A DNA stretch of 63,686 nt, filler included, from Pirum gemmata (lineage: Eukaryota), in assembly GCA_002812295.1 (NCBI GenBank). It is 18 parts of 18 records of this genome, joined end to end, with 100 filler letters (N's around TTAATTAATTAA, not from the genome) between each part and the next. Parts side by side here need not be neighbours in the genome. Positions count along the whole stretch, not along the records: positions 1 to 3,273 come from PDIN01002939.1; positions 3,374 to 6,673 come from PDIN01002940.1; positions 6,774 to 10,021 come from PDIN01002941.1; positions 10,122 to 13,421 come from PDIN01002942.1; 14 more parts are not named here. The stretch is one strand, 5' to 3'. Shown here piece after piece: positions 1 to 11,145 of this stretch (its first letter is position 1; every line of letters starts with the position of its first letter). The notes below the pieces were generated by a model, which saw only the letters and a list, made by a program, of their open reading frames with translations, was not told the DNA's origin and did not search any database. The position numbers and the translations under genes were made by a program.

Positions 1-31
<31 letters not shown>

Positions 32-357
32 GTGATAACAATCAATAACACATAACAATGGTCGACAATAACAACGGCAACAGTCAGCATTTAAAATTTT
101 ATTAAATATAGTAAGTTGTTTTTTTTTTTTGGTAAGTAATACGTGTAATATAGTAATATATGGCTAAAACAAGTAAGTTTAAAGTATAAAATAAGAAAAA
201 TAAAACACCAAAAAAAAATAAAAAGTCTATATATATTTATAAATAAAAAAATTATATCATAGTATTATCATTAAAAATATTTGTTTTAAAAACTAGCATG
301 CTAATTAATCAATACATTAAATCATAAATTTATCCAAGTAGTACATCCCTAGGGATT

Positions 358-937
358 AGGCCTTCATTTACACATCTATTTTGAAAATTAACTAAATATG
401 ATAGAAACAACTTTCAATACTTCATTTATCATTATCATATTCATGTCAACTTTGCCACCGATGATTGAAAACCTCTTTGTTCTCACAATAACTCTTTCAG
501 CGTGTATTCTTGTAGATGCTCTTTTGACTGTTAGTTTGTGGTTCTCACAGGCCTTCATTTACATATTTGTTTTGAAAATTTACTAAATATGATAGAAACA
601 AATTTTCGATACTTCATTTACCATTGGCATCATATTCATGTCAACTTTTCCACCGATGATTGAAAACCTCTTTTCTCTAGCAATAACTCTTTTAACATGT
701 ATTCTTGCAGATGCTATTTTAACTGTTAGTTTGTGGTTCTCACAGGCCTTCATTTACACATTTATTTTGAAAATTTACTAAATATGATAGAAATAAATTT
801 TCGATACTTCATTCGTCATTGGCATCATATTCATGTCAACTTTGCCACCGATGATTAAACCTCTTTGCTCTAGCAATAACTCTTTCAACGTGTATTTGCA
901 GATGCTATATTTTGACTGTTAGTTTGTAGTTCTCACT
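358..937. repeat. Three tandem ~190-195 bp copies of the transposase 3' end
   Basis: AGGCCTTCATTTAC recurs at 358, 549 and 744, each followed by a similar but diverged unit. Confidence 0.9.
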
Positions 938-1453
938 ATTCATTTGAATCCCTTTTTGAAGCATAGGTGGTATCTTATAATCTACACCAGTAGGCATTAA
1001 ATCTGAAATTTCGAAGCTCTTATCAGCCATAACTAAGCTATCTTCTCATTATTTATCAAACAACTCCTTTTGATAAATGGTAGTTATGTCTCTGACAATC
1101 TGAAATAAAAGTTACATGACCAGCAGAAGAGATTCTAACAAGAATTTTCAAAGTATTGGGGTGTTTATATTCAGACCAGGTTGCACTTTGAAGTTCTCTT
1201 GACGATGATGTCTATAAAAAGTTCAGTAGCATTAATTATCAAAACTGTGGAAGGATACTTTTTCTTTAATGTACTTAGAATATACCTTTATCAATGAATT
1301 TTTTGTGCAATAAGTTATTTGGCTTAAAACAGGATGTTCAAAAAAATGAATCAAGAAACTTACCGTAGTTTTAAATATTTTAGAAGCCTCTTTCTCTGTT
1401 GCTTAAAATAAAAAATCTAGGTGATAGTGACAAAAGTTATGCCTTAGTTTCAT
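358..1453 (-). pseudogene. Decayed PIF/Harbinger-group (ISL2EU-like) DDE_Tnp_4 transposase
   Basis: Manual minus-strand translation gives the family motifs in order: MKLRHNFCHYHLDFLF*ATEKEASKIF (HTH_Tnp_4-like), KKKYPSTVLIINATELFI (IIDxTE with D>N), SSRELQSATWSEYKHPNTLKILVRISSAGHVTFISD, MADKSFEISDL, IPPML, IASAxIHVERVIARAKRF. Interrupted by stops and frameshifts. Confidence 0.85.
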
Positions 1454-2262
1454 TGTAATTACACTAAATTTTTGCATGAGAAAAATAAAAACAGTACTAC
1501 ATCAACAACTGCAGCTGCTCCTACTATTACTACTACTAGTACTATTACTGGTAATACTGCTAGTATTACTATTGCCATTACTACTGCTACTCCTACTACC
1601 ACAACTACTACTACCAAAACTACTACTTCTACCCCCACTATCTCCACAGCAGCTACTGCTACTCCTACTACCACAACAACCACTGCTTCTTCTTCCTCTT
1701 CTTCTACTACTACTACTACTACAATTATTTCCTCGTCTATCGGTAGCAAGGAAGCGAAAAAAAGAAAGCCAAGGACTAAAAAAGACATAGTTATAACCAC
1801 TGTATGTGGTTGGGGTCACAGCAAGGCTCGAAATCATATAATTAAGTTAAAAGAAGCACACCAAAAGCATATAGAAAAAGCATCACCAATTGCAAATGAT
1901 CACGTCGACGATAATAGTTTTGATAGTTTGATTAATTTCTTTTTTAGTAAAGATAATAAAATATGCAAGTGTACTGAGGATATAGAAATATTTGAAAATA
2001 TATAGGAATTGACGATTTTCAAAATGAACTTAGTTTTTACTGTTGACAATACACAATGCAATGCTTTACAAGGTAAATTTTGCCATTCTAATGGTAAAAA
2101 AATAACAAGGGGAAAATGTATTAATACTAATACAGGATATGCAATAGGAGTGCAATAGGCTGTTAAAAAAGTAATTTGCAAAAATGTAGTAAAAATGTTC
2201 ACTTCGATGTTTTTTAAAATTAACATTTTATTAATATTATTACTTCTCTTTTCTCTATTTCA

Positions 2263-2297
<35 letters not shown>

Positions 2298-3049
2298 CCT
2301 TATTATTATTTATAATTTCGAACATAATATTTCAATATATTCGAAAATTCGTAGACATTACTATTATTATCATATGATCCCCACTCAGATTTGTCAGTTT
2401 TTAAACAGGTAGCCGCTGAGGGGAATCTAACAATCTAACTGGGTGTTAGTACTACTGAAACATTTGTTGTTCCTTATTCAACCTTTTCATTTCAAAGAAG
2501 CTGGCCAGATAAAACACTTTACGACACCGTTAGGTATGGTGCAAATAATGGAATTCATTGGAAATAATACATTAGAAAAAGCGATTGTTAAAGTGGTGGC
2601 TAATAGGAGTACTAGCAAAAAAACAATAAAGGATAATAAGTACGACATATTTCGTTTAAAAGTACATGGATCCATTCCAAGATCAATGAGAGCAGCGTTT
2701 TATAGATGGATAATCTTTTTAACTAGTGAACATTATGGGCCTAAAAGCCACAAACACCACAAACACCACAAACACACACAATAATAATAATGAAATAATA
2801 ATAATAATAATAGAAGAAAAATAATAATAAAACAAACTTTTTTTTTTTTTCGGTGTTTTTTTTTTCTTATTTTTCATACTTCAAATATACTTGTTTTAGT
2901 ATAATATTACTATTTTAAGTTTATTACTTACTAAAAATATTTTTCTGTTATATTTGGAAATAATTTAAATGTTTACCATTGGTTATTTTTTTTGAAATAA
3001 AATCTAGGCCAACAAAATACCTTACCCCCAAAATTTTAGATGTCCAAAA

Positions 3050-3273
3050 TTTTGATTTTCAAATATGGTAGGTATTCACTTGTTTTGATGCTAATGGTAT
3101 TTCCAAAAAAATAAGAAATTTGATTTTCAAAAATGGTAGTTAGTTATTCACTTATTTTTGATGTTAACAGTATTTCCAAAAAAAAATAAGAAATTTGATT
3201 TTCAAAAATGGTAGTTAGTTATTCACTTATTTTTGATGTTAATAGTATTTCCAAAAAAAAAAAGAAATTTGAT
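3050..3273. repeat. ~70 bp tandem repeat, about 3 copies, truncated at contig end
   Basis: TTTGATTTTCAAAAATGGTAG...GTATTTCCAAAAAAAATAAGAAA repeated. Confidence 0.8.
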
Positions 3274-3373
3274 NNNNNNNNNNNNNNNNNNNNNNNNNNN
3301 NNNNNNNNNNNNNNNNNTTAATTAATTAANNNNNNNNNNNNNNNNNNNNNNNNNNNNNNNNNNNNNNNNNNNN
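3274..3373. other. Artificial contig linker N44-TTAATTAATTAA-N44 (first of 17; others start at 6674, 10022, 13422, 16792, 22423, 25823, 29166, 32572, 35942, 40271, 43544, 46913, 50223, 53552, 56916, 60287)
   Basis: Same 100-nt spacer each time; the core has stop codons in all six frames. Confidence 0.98.
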
Positions 3374-3602
3374 ATAATAATTAAATTAATAATAATAAGT
3401 TATAATAATAATTAATTAATAATAAATAATAAAATTAATAATTAATAATAACAATAATTGATAACAATAATAATAATAATAATTAATAATTAATAAATGA
3501 CAATACATAATAAATAATAATAAATAATAAATTAATAATAATTAATAACGGATAATTACTTTGATATTATTTTTTTGTTAATTAATAATCATATTAATTT
3601 TA

Positions 3603-6068
3603 TTACTTAACGGTAATCATCTGATGAACAATATTTCCTGCTCTCACCACGCTAATTTCAATAGAACTATTTTGAACATAATTACCTGCATTGAAGTGTT
3701 TGTTAAAAGGTTTTAGTATTTTACTACCAATTTTTGCTAAATATCCAAAACCTTTCCGAATTAAAGAGGACTCTATGATTTCTTCACCACATTGATATAC
3801 AATAACTTTCGCGCTGTTAGCTTTTCCAGTAAACACTTGCACTATGCTAGAATCAACAGAAACTAAGCCTTTTTCTTTTTTTCCGGAAGAATTGTAGTAG
3901 CTAATAAATAATTGCTTACCAGCATCACATTGAAACTGCTCTATATTATTATCATTGTTATTACCGAAAACTTTATCATGTATACGAACACCAGTTTTTT
4001 TAGCCTTTTTCCAAAGCGGATCGGATATTAATTTCCTTACTTTGTTAGCGATCGATATTTTAGCACCAAGAGATATATAATGCTTGGCTTCCTGTAGTTC
4101 TTTGCTTGATATTAACAGGTCTTTTTGTCCCTCATTTATCATCTCAATTCCCTCATGTATCTTATTCGTCCCTTCCATGCTTCTTTCAATTCCTGAAACA
4201 GCTCTGTCAGCCCCGATTTTTGTATATGCGTTTTCGATTTTACTAATTTTTTCAAGTTGAGTTTTAGCTATTTGTTCTTTAACTTCTTTCACAGCTTTTG
4301 TTTTGACAGCATTTGCAAAAGACTTCTCTCCTAGAAGACTATCTAAATAATATAAACCCTTCATTAATTCCTTCACCTTTTCCCCTTTTGATATGCGGAT
4401 ATGAAATAAATTCCTTAACCCATAAGCCTGTGCTAATATTGAAATATAGACATCTTCTACCCCAAATCTTCGAAGAGTAGCTTTTAACACACCATGAAGG
4501 TTCTCTTCTGTAAAATGATCGTTCATAAGCTCTTCCCAAAGTTTATCTTCTGCATACCTTTGTGCATAACGTTGCATGTTGTCGTAAACCTTAATTGCAG
4601 TTTTTTTAGCTTCTTTAATTCTAGAATATAATGCGAATTCGGTGTTAAACATGTGTTTGAAGGATTCCACAGTAAAATCGAAACCAAGCGCAGTCCAACT
4701 TTCGTAAGCAGGAGAAATTTCAACAATTTCAATTAATTCAATCTTTTCAATCTTTTTAATAAGGGCACAGTCTTGTTTAAGTTTAGGGATTTTGGTAAAC
4801 TTTCCTGCATCTTCCACTGGAATCTCTATATGTGGTAGTTCGAATTCCGAGTGCACTTTAGAGGGCACTTTACCGATATTTAAATACATTGTTTGAACAT
4901 CTTTGAGTTTTTGGCCTAATTTGGCTCCAAGTTTGTACATATTATGCTTTGAATTTTCTTGATCAATTTTCTCATTCAATTTTCTTTGCATTTCATTTTT
5001 TTTATTTTCCAATTCAATAATTTCATTTTGTTCTTTAATCTTTTCATTTACTGGGCCTATTATATATCTACGATGTTCATCCACTAACTGGATTAAACCA
5101 CTTCCCTTTGGGAGAATATTCGTAAGAAAAAACTCATCAACGGATAATTCGAACTCTGTGCTTATCGTATAAAAATCTTTTTTAAGGACAGAACTTTGTT
5201 GATAAATATGCAAACCCGTATTAACAGCTAAGGCAGTGCCCGCTATTTTTATAGAATCTCTCACACATTTACCTAATCTATAAGGCTTACTATACGAACC
5301 TACTTCAAAAGTAAAAACATTATTTCCTTGGTAAACTAGTGTGTGCTTATTCATAATATTTGTTGCATGTAATAACTTAATAAAACCCTCTGGTGCCAGT
5401 TGAAATTTTTTGATAGACTGAATTAACTCCAATTTTTTTTTCTTATCAAGTTTAGTTGTACGTACTAAATCAAAAATTTCAGATAGAAACTTAGATTTAG
5501 ACTCTGATAATAGCGGCACGACAACTTGTTCAGTACTATTTCTAGCAAAATTCATTTTTTTATCAAAAATCACATTTTCAAAAGTAGTGTTTTGAAAATT
5601 AGCTTTAGCTACATCCACTAAATTTTTAAAATCGACATTTTGAAAATAACCATTTGCACAACAACCTTTTGGTATTTTATTATGCTTACGCCATTGTTCG
5701 ATCCAATCTTTTTCCTTTTTATGTATCATTAAATCATAACTACTTGAATTATGTTCATTAATTAACCAATGCACTCGAAATTTATCATAAACAATGTGAA
5801 CATCTAACAATTCTGTGTTGTTAAATTCATAGTTATTCTCCTTCAAATTGAATTGGTTGGTTTGTATGCCGCATTTCCAACGAATAGTTTTTTCGTGAGT
5901 AGGTTTCACTTTATAAATAGTTTGTTTAAAATTTCGATAATGGATTATGTTCCATTTTTTACCATCATAAATTTCTACGGGTTCGTTATGATCACAATAA
6001 CTAAAACCATTGACACTAGTTATGGTTAAAATAGATAATATTAAAACTGTACAAGTCGAAAGTAGCAT
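3603..6068 (-). CDS. Intronless 821-aa hypothetical secreted protein with coiled-coil-like segments
   Basis: Long ATG-started ORF in AT-rich DNA; signal-peptide-like MLLSTCTVLILSILTITSVNG; K/E-rich helical stretches; no family recognised. Confidence 0.8.
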   Translation of the reverse strand: MLLSTCTVLILSILTITSVNGFSYCDHNEPVEIYDGKKWNIIHYRNFKQTIYKVKPTHEKTIRWKCGIQTNQFNLKENNYEFNNTELLDVHIVYDKFRVHWLINEHNSSSYDLMIHKKEKDWIEQWRKHNKIPKGCCANGYFQNVDFKNLVDVAKANFQNTTFENVIFDKKMNFARNSTEQVVVPLLSESKSKFLSEIFDLVRTTKLDKKKKLELIQSIKKFQLAPEGFIKLLHATNIMNKHTLVYQGNNVFTFEVGSYSKPYRLGKCVRDSIKIAGTALAVNTGLHIYQQSSVLKKDFYTISTEFELSVDEFFLTNILPKGSGLIQLVDEHRRYIIGPVNEKIKEQNEIIELENKKNEMQRKLNEKIDQENSKHNMYKLGAKLGQKLKDVQTMYLNIGKVPSKVHSEFELPHIEIPVEDAGKFTKIPKLKQDCALIKKIEKIELIEIVEISPAYESWTALGFDFTVESFKHMFNTEFALYSRIKEAKKTAIKVYDNMQRYAQRYAEDKLWEELMNDHFTEENLHGVLKATLRRFGVEDVYISILAQAYGLRNLFHIRISKGEKVKELMKGLYYLDSLLGEKSFANAVKTKAVKEVKEQIAKTQLEKISKIENAYTKIGADRAVSGIERSMEGTNKIHEGIEMINEGQKDLLISSKELQEAKHYISLGAKISIANKVRKLISDPLWKKAKKTGVRIHDKVFGNNNDNNIEQFQCDAGKQLFISYYNSSGKKEKGLVSVDSSIVQVFTGKANSAKVIVYQCGEEIIESSLIRKGFGYLAKIGSKILKPFNKHFNAGNYVQNSSIEISVVRAGNIVHQMITVK

Positions 6069-6773
6069 TTTTATTTCAGAAAATTAATACAATATTTTTA
6101 TTTCAGAAAATTAAATCCAATATTTTTTTTTGTTTTTTTTATTTATTTTTTTTATATATAGACTATAATAATATTATTATTACATATTATTAGCTCAAGT
6201 GTTTTTTTTTTTCTTGAACTGGACTAATATGGTTTTTTAGTGTTTTTTATTTTTTTAAAAAAAAATTAAATTTCTTTCTAGATTAATTTTTTTTCTTTTA
6301 TTTTTATTTATGGTAAATCAAAGACTTAACATTAAAAAATTATGAAATGCTATTTAGCATTTCATAATTTTAATGTTTATTAATAAGTGTTGAAAATACA
6401 AACGAAACTGAGCTCGAGTATACACAATACTAAACATAATAATAAATTATGATAAAGAAATCGAAATAGATTAGACAATTTTAATATTATATTAATATTA
6501 ATAATATTGTCTATTAACCATATAATATACCAAACCATATACATATAATATAACCATAACCATATTATAACCTTAATCATAATCATATATTGTGCTTTTC
6601 AGTTGTTTTGTCATTATAAAATATACAATAGATAGTACCAAATTAATATGATATAAATCCATTTAATTCAATTNNNNNNNNNNNNNNNNNNNNNNNNNNN
6701 NNNNNNNNNNNNNNNNNTTAATTAATTAANNNNNNNNNNNNNNNNNNNNNNNNNNNNNNNNNNNNNNNNNNNN

Positions 6774-6816
<43 letters not shown>

Positions 6817-7894
6817 CAGTGGCAGTATCATATATGATTGCAGAAACACCCAATATCTTACCCATTTATTGGTATAAATAAATTTTGTGGTGTTTTATTA
6901 GTTACAGTTCAGCATGTACTGATGTTTTGCATTTTTATTCATGCAAGCTGTAATATGATATAATATGAATTATGATATCATAGTATCATACTTGACGCAT
7001 TTTGAATCTTGGGGTAGCTAGGGACTCTATGGAGTAGCTAGCTAATAGGGGGGGCCAGCTTGGGCAGAATTCCAGTGATTCCACAACCATTTAACTAATA
7101 TGGATTGTGTGTTGTATTTTTAGCGAATAAAAACTAATAAGTGTAAAAGGACCGTTTGCTTGTAAAATGTTTTGGCTTTAGTTACTTACATCACTTAGAC
7201 TATCACCACTAGAATAAGTCTATATATATACATAATATTATCTGACTTGTAGCTGATTCACCAGCAAATATTTAGAAAAATGTTTTTTTAATCATTGTTG
7301 TTGTTGCTGTTGACAATAAATAAATAAAAAAAAAGTGTCATTATGATCAGTAATCTATATAAGTATGATATCATTTGTCAAAAAACACAATTGCCACACT
7401 GGGAATAATGGCCTGTGCTTATAGCTTTCGTGTAAATTGGTGTACTATTTGAATTTTGAAGGGGGACTTAATGGAGTCTGCTTTTCATTGGGCAGTACCA
7501 TAATCCAAATTTGGTTGACTTGTTGTTTTTGGGATTGTTCTTGTTTTTTTTATTTTTATAATTTGTATCATAGTTTTTACTAATGAAGTAAAGACACTTG
7601 AACTTTCCCAGTTTAGCACGGCCCCAACCATCGATCCATTCATACTATTTATAATTTATACAATTTAGTTAATAAATTACACTTATTATTATTATTATTA
7701 TTGTTATTATTATTATTATTATTTATCATAATAATTGAAATAAAAAAAAAATATTATATTTTGCTATATATGTGTGAAAGAAAATTTTAAAAAAATAAAA
7801 AAAATTAAAAAAAAAAAATAATTTCTAAAAATTAGACTTTATAACTATTTACAAATTATATATTATCTTCTTTTGCAACAAACTATTCTTTAAT

Positions 7895-9802
7895 ATGAAG
7901 TTTTCAACCTCACTTGCAGCTGGGTTAGGCCTAGCTGTGTTTGAACAATCACAAGCTGTACATACTAGTGAGTCTTGTCAAGACTGGGCTAAAAAAACCA
8001 ATTCACACGGCGGTAAAGGTTGCAACATAAAAGATCCAAAAGATCAACCTTGGTTTCAAGTTTTGGGACCAAAGAATAACATTAATACAATTCAGTGTGC
8101 AACCAAAGATTGTCACTGGACTGAATGTTGTGATTGGAAAATGACTCCAGCAAAAGCAAAAAATCTACCACCCCAGAGTTGCAAAGATTGGGCTACAATT
8201 ACCAATGCGAACGGCTCTAAGGGATGTAAAATCAAAGATCCAAAAGACCAACCTTGGTTTGAAGTCACTGGACAAAAGAAGAACATGGACTCCATTACAT
8301 GTTCCGATGACTCTTGTCACTGGACGGAATGTTGTACTTGGAAAACGAAACCAAAACCTAAACCTCACCAAAAATGTTCAGATTGGGCTAAATTAACCAG
8401 CAAAAATGGGTTAAATGGATGCAAGAAAGATCCAAAGGACCAACCTTGGTTTGAAATTAGTAAAAAGTCAAACATGAGCTCAATTAGTTGCAAAGGACCT
8501 GACTGTCATTGGTCAGAATGCTGTGATATGAAAGCTAGGTCTAAACCTCCAGTTCGTAACCCAAAACCTCCAGCTCCCCAGAAGTGCAAAGACTGGGCTA
8601 CAGTTACCAATGCAAACGGTTCTAAGGGATGCAAAATCAAAGATCCGAAAGACCAACCTTGGTTCGAAGTTACTGGGCAAAAGGCGAACATGGACTCCAT
8701 TACCTGTTCCGATGATTCTTGTCACTGGACTGAATGTTGTAATTGGAAAACGAAACCTAGACCTAAACCTCACCAAAAATGTTCAGATTGGGCTAAATTA
8801 ACCAGCAAAAATGGGTTAAATGGATGCAAGAAAGATCCAAAGGACCAACCTTGGTTTGAAATTAGTAAAAAGTCAAACATGAGCTCAATTAGTTGCAAAG
8901 GACCTGACTGTCATTGGTCAGAATGCTGTGATATGAAATTTAAAGCTAGGTCTAAACCCNACCCAAAACCCCCGGCCCACCAGAAGTGCAAAGACTGGGC
9001 TACAGTTACCAATGCAAACGGTTCTAAGGGATGCAAAATCAAAGATCCGAAAGACCAACCTTGGTTCGAAGTCACTGGGCAAAAGCAGAACATGGACTCC
9101 ATTACATGCTCCGATGATTCTTGTCACTGGACTGAATGTTGTGATTTTAAATTTAAAAGACCAGGAAATGGTAAGGGTGGTAATGGCAAGGGTGGTAATG
9201 GTAATGGTAATGGTAATGGTAATGGTAATGGTAATGGTAATGGTAATGGCAATGGTAATGGCAATGGTAATGGCAATGGTAATGGCAATGGTAATGGCAA
9301 TGGTAATGGTAATGGTCATGGTAATGGTAATGGACACCATTCTATTACATGTGGGCAGTGGGCAAACTCCACACAAGGAATATGCGCCTCTAACCTACAA
9401 GGGGAACAAAACTTTTTAGACCACTGTCACGAATACAATAGTGATCCAAGAAAAACTTGTGCTACCAGATGTTGCGTACCAAAAGATGTTCGTTTTAGTT
9501 GCCGAGCCCAATTAAGTCAAACTGCTCTGGTTAGTGAACAAAAATGCGAAGAAGACTGTTTAGATTTAGAGAAACCAAATAACAATACTGCCTGTACTTA
9601 TGATGGTAGTCACAACGCTACTAAACAATGCGTATGTACCGAAAACACTAAATTTGTTGTACCAGTTGCTCCTGCTCCTGGAGCCCCTGTTGGTTCTACT
9701 GCTCCTGTAACCAACGGGACTTCTCCAAGTAACAGCATGGCTTCGACTGCTAAAGTAGGTTTGATGGCTGGTGTACTTGCAACTCTGAATTTGTTTGCAT
9801 AA
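7895..9802 (+). CDS. Secreted, probably GPI-anchored Cys-rich repeat protein (635 aa)
   Basis: Signal peptide; six ~52-aa 6-Cys modules (CxDWA...GC..DPKDQPWF...CHWxECC) with Pro/Lys linkers; (GN)n tract; further Cys-rich region; Pro/Ser/Thr stalk and hydrophobic C-terminus VGLMAGVLATLNLFA. Confidence 0.9.
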   Translation: MKFSTSLAAGLGLAVFEQSQAVHTSESCQDWAKKTNSHGGKGCNIKDPKDQPWFQVLGPKNNINTIQCATKDCHWTECCDWKMTPAKAKNLPPQSCKDWATITNANGSKGCKIKDPKDQPWFEVTGQKKNMDSITCSDDSCHWTECCTWKTKPKPKPHQKCSDWAKLTSKNGLNGCKKDPKDQPWFEISKKSNMSSISCKGPDCHWSECCDMKARSKPPVRNPKPPAPQKCKDWATVTNANGSKGCKIKDPKDQPWFEVTGQKANMDSITCSDDSCHWTECCNWKTKPRPKPHQKCSDWAKLTSKNGLNGCKKDPKDQPWFEISKKSNMSSISCKGPDCHWSECCDMKFKARSKPXPKPPAHQKCKDWATVTNANGSKGCKIKDPKDQPWFEVTGQKQNMDSITCSDDSCHWTECCDFKFKRPGNGKGGNGKGGNGNGNGNGNGNGNGNGNGNGNGNGNGNGNGNGNGNGNGNGHGNGNGHHSITCGQWANSTQGICASNLQGEQNFLDHCHEYNSDPRKTCATRCCVPKDVRFSCRAQLSQTALVSEQKCEEDCLDLEKPNNNTACTYDGSHNATKQCVCTENTKFVVPVAPAPGAPVGSTAPVTNGTSPSNSMASTAKVGLMAGVLATLNLFA

Positions 9803-9983
9803 ACTTTAATCATGATGGATGCCAAATTGATTATTTTATTAATATATAGAGAAAAATATAAAAATATAGAGAAAAATATAAAAATATAATATTAATTACA
9901 TTTAGTTCATTATTATCAGTTCATTAGAAAAATATAAAAATAAAATAAGTTTATTTTGACGTTCATATAATTACTAATAATAA

Positions 9984-10016
<33 letters not shown>

Positions 10017-10181
10017 GAATANNNNNNNNNNNNNNNNNNNNNNNNNNNNNNNNNNNNNNNNNNNNTTAATTAATTAANNNNNNNNNNNNNNNNNNNNNNN
10101 NNNNNNNNNNNNNNNNNNNNNTAGTAGTAGTAGTAGTAATTATAATAATAATGCCAATAATAATATCAATAATAATAATAA

Positions 10182-10603
10182 TTGGTAAGCCCAATAAGTA
10201 CATACAACTCTGCCACTAAAGTACCAATAACATTCACCATAGCTGCTCCTGCTGTAATAAGGCGTACACGCTTACCATACAAGCTTCCCATTGATTCTGC
10301 AATAGAATAATGTTTGAGAAACTCTCCCATCCGTTTAGCAAAGAAAACATTAACTAAATAGGAAAAGCCAGAAAAAACACCAATACAAGCATAAAACACT
10401 TCCCTATAACCATAGCTTAACATTCTGCTTAACATGCCCCCTCCAAATACTGTAGCTATCAATGAGCCAAATAATACCCAATTGCTAAAGTTCTTCTTCC
10501 CCACCGCATAGTCCTCAAAAGATGTTACTTTTCTACCTGCTACTAAGCCTACTATAATTACTAATGCTAAAAATGCCCCAATGGCTAATAATTCAATATT
10601 CAT
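10182..10603 (-). pseudogene. N-terminal fragment of a bacterial sodium:solute symporter (SSS/PutP-like)
   Basis: MNIELLAIGAFLALVIIVGLVAGRKVTSFEDYAVGKKNF...SLIATVFGGG...SIAESMGSLYG is a typical SSS N-terminus; it is cut after ~140 aa by a (TAT)n microsatellite. Confidence 0.85.
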
Positions 10604-10707
10604 CGTATTTATTTTACAAATTGCTATTTATCCTTCTATTTGTTCTTTCCATAATAATTTTGCTTGCTCCAGTGCTACTGGCAGCCCCGCTAATAAAGTG
10701 CCTCTGC

Positions 10708-10839
10708 CGTAGCAAGTAGGCTAACAAGGTGATCAAGTCCTCTGTCAACTAGCATAGTATTCAACCTAGATCTTATCAATGGGTCAATTTGAGGCATATT
10801 GGGGAGCCCTTCACAAACTGCTTTAATGTATAACCCAGA
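10708..10839 (-). pseudogene. miaA: Internal fragment of bacterial tRNA dimethylallyltransferase
   Basis: SGLYIKAVCEGLPNMPQIDPLIRSRLNTMLVDRGLDHLVSLLAT follows the MiaA GGSGLYIKA...P..D..IR..L......GL..L segment. Confidence 0.8.
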
Positions 10840-10841
10840 AC

Positions 10842-11065
10842 GGGAGTAACTGGCTTGTCTACAACTGCTGCAAGCTCTTTTTGCACCTTACATTGTTCTT
10901 TAATAGCTTCATGGGCAAACTTTATAGCAGCTACCATATCTTCTTCTTGTACATTTCCCCCTCTACCATCAATACATTAGCCTCACTAGCACCAACCATT
11001 AATTCCATATCAGCTTTTTCTAGTAATTCTGGAGTTGGATTAATAACAAATTCACCATCTATCCT
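10842..11065 (-). pseudogene. pnp: Internal fragment of polynucleotide phosphorylase (Bacteroidota-like), frameshifted
   Basis: [38 protein letters not shown], then after a small frameshifting deletion [30 protein letters not shown]; this is the end of RNase PH domain 1. Confidence 0.88.
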
Positions 11066-11145
11066 CTCGATTTAGATAAAACGTTTTTCACACCTGCACT
11101 TTCTAAAACAATTCGAACAGCACCACCCGCAATTACACCAGTACC
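11062..11145 (-). pseudogene. rpsE: Internal fragment of 30S ribosomal protein S5, frameshifted
   Basis: [15 protein letters not shown], one extra A, then [13 protein letters not shown]: the uS5 C-terminal signature. Confidence 0.85.

Noticed and set aside
1459..1837. Overlapping low-complexity ORFs (poly-V, poly-L, poly-S)
   Set aside because: Products of (ACT)n-type microsatellites; the same applies to ORFs at 32282-33022, 41282-41828, 43125-43599 and 52826-53266.
3274..3373. Regularly spaced TTAATTAATTAA flanked by Ns as a biological repeat or array
   Set aside because: Fixed 100-nt artificial linker; the ~3.3 kb spacing only reflects contig length.
8113..9419. Repeated short ORFs in other frames and on the minus strand
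   Set aside because: Shadows of the repeats in the 635-aa gene.
10881..11075. 64-aa plus-strand ORF
   Set aside because: Antisense shadow of the pnp fragment.
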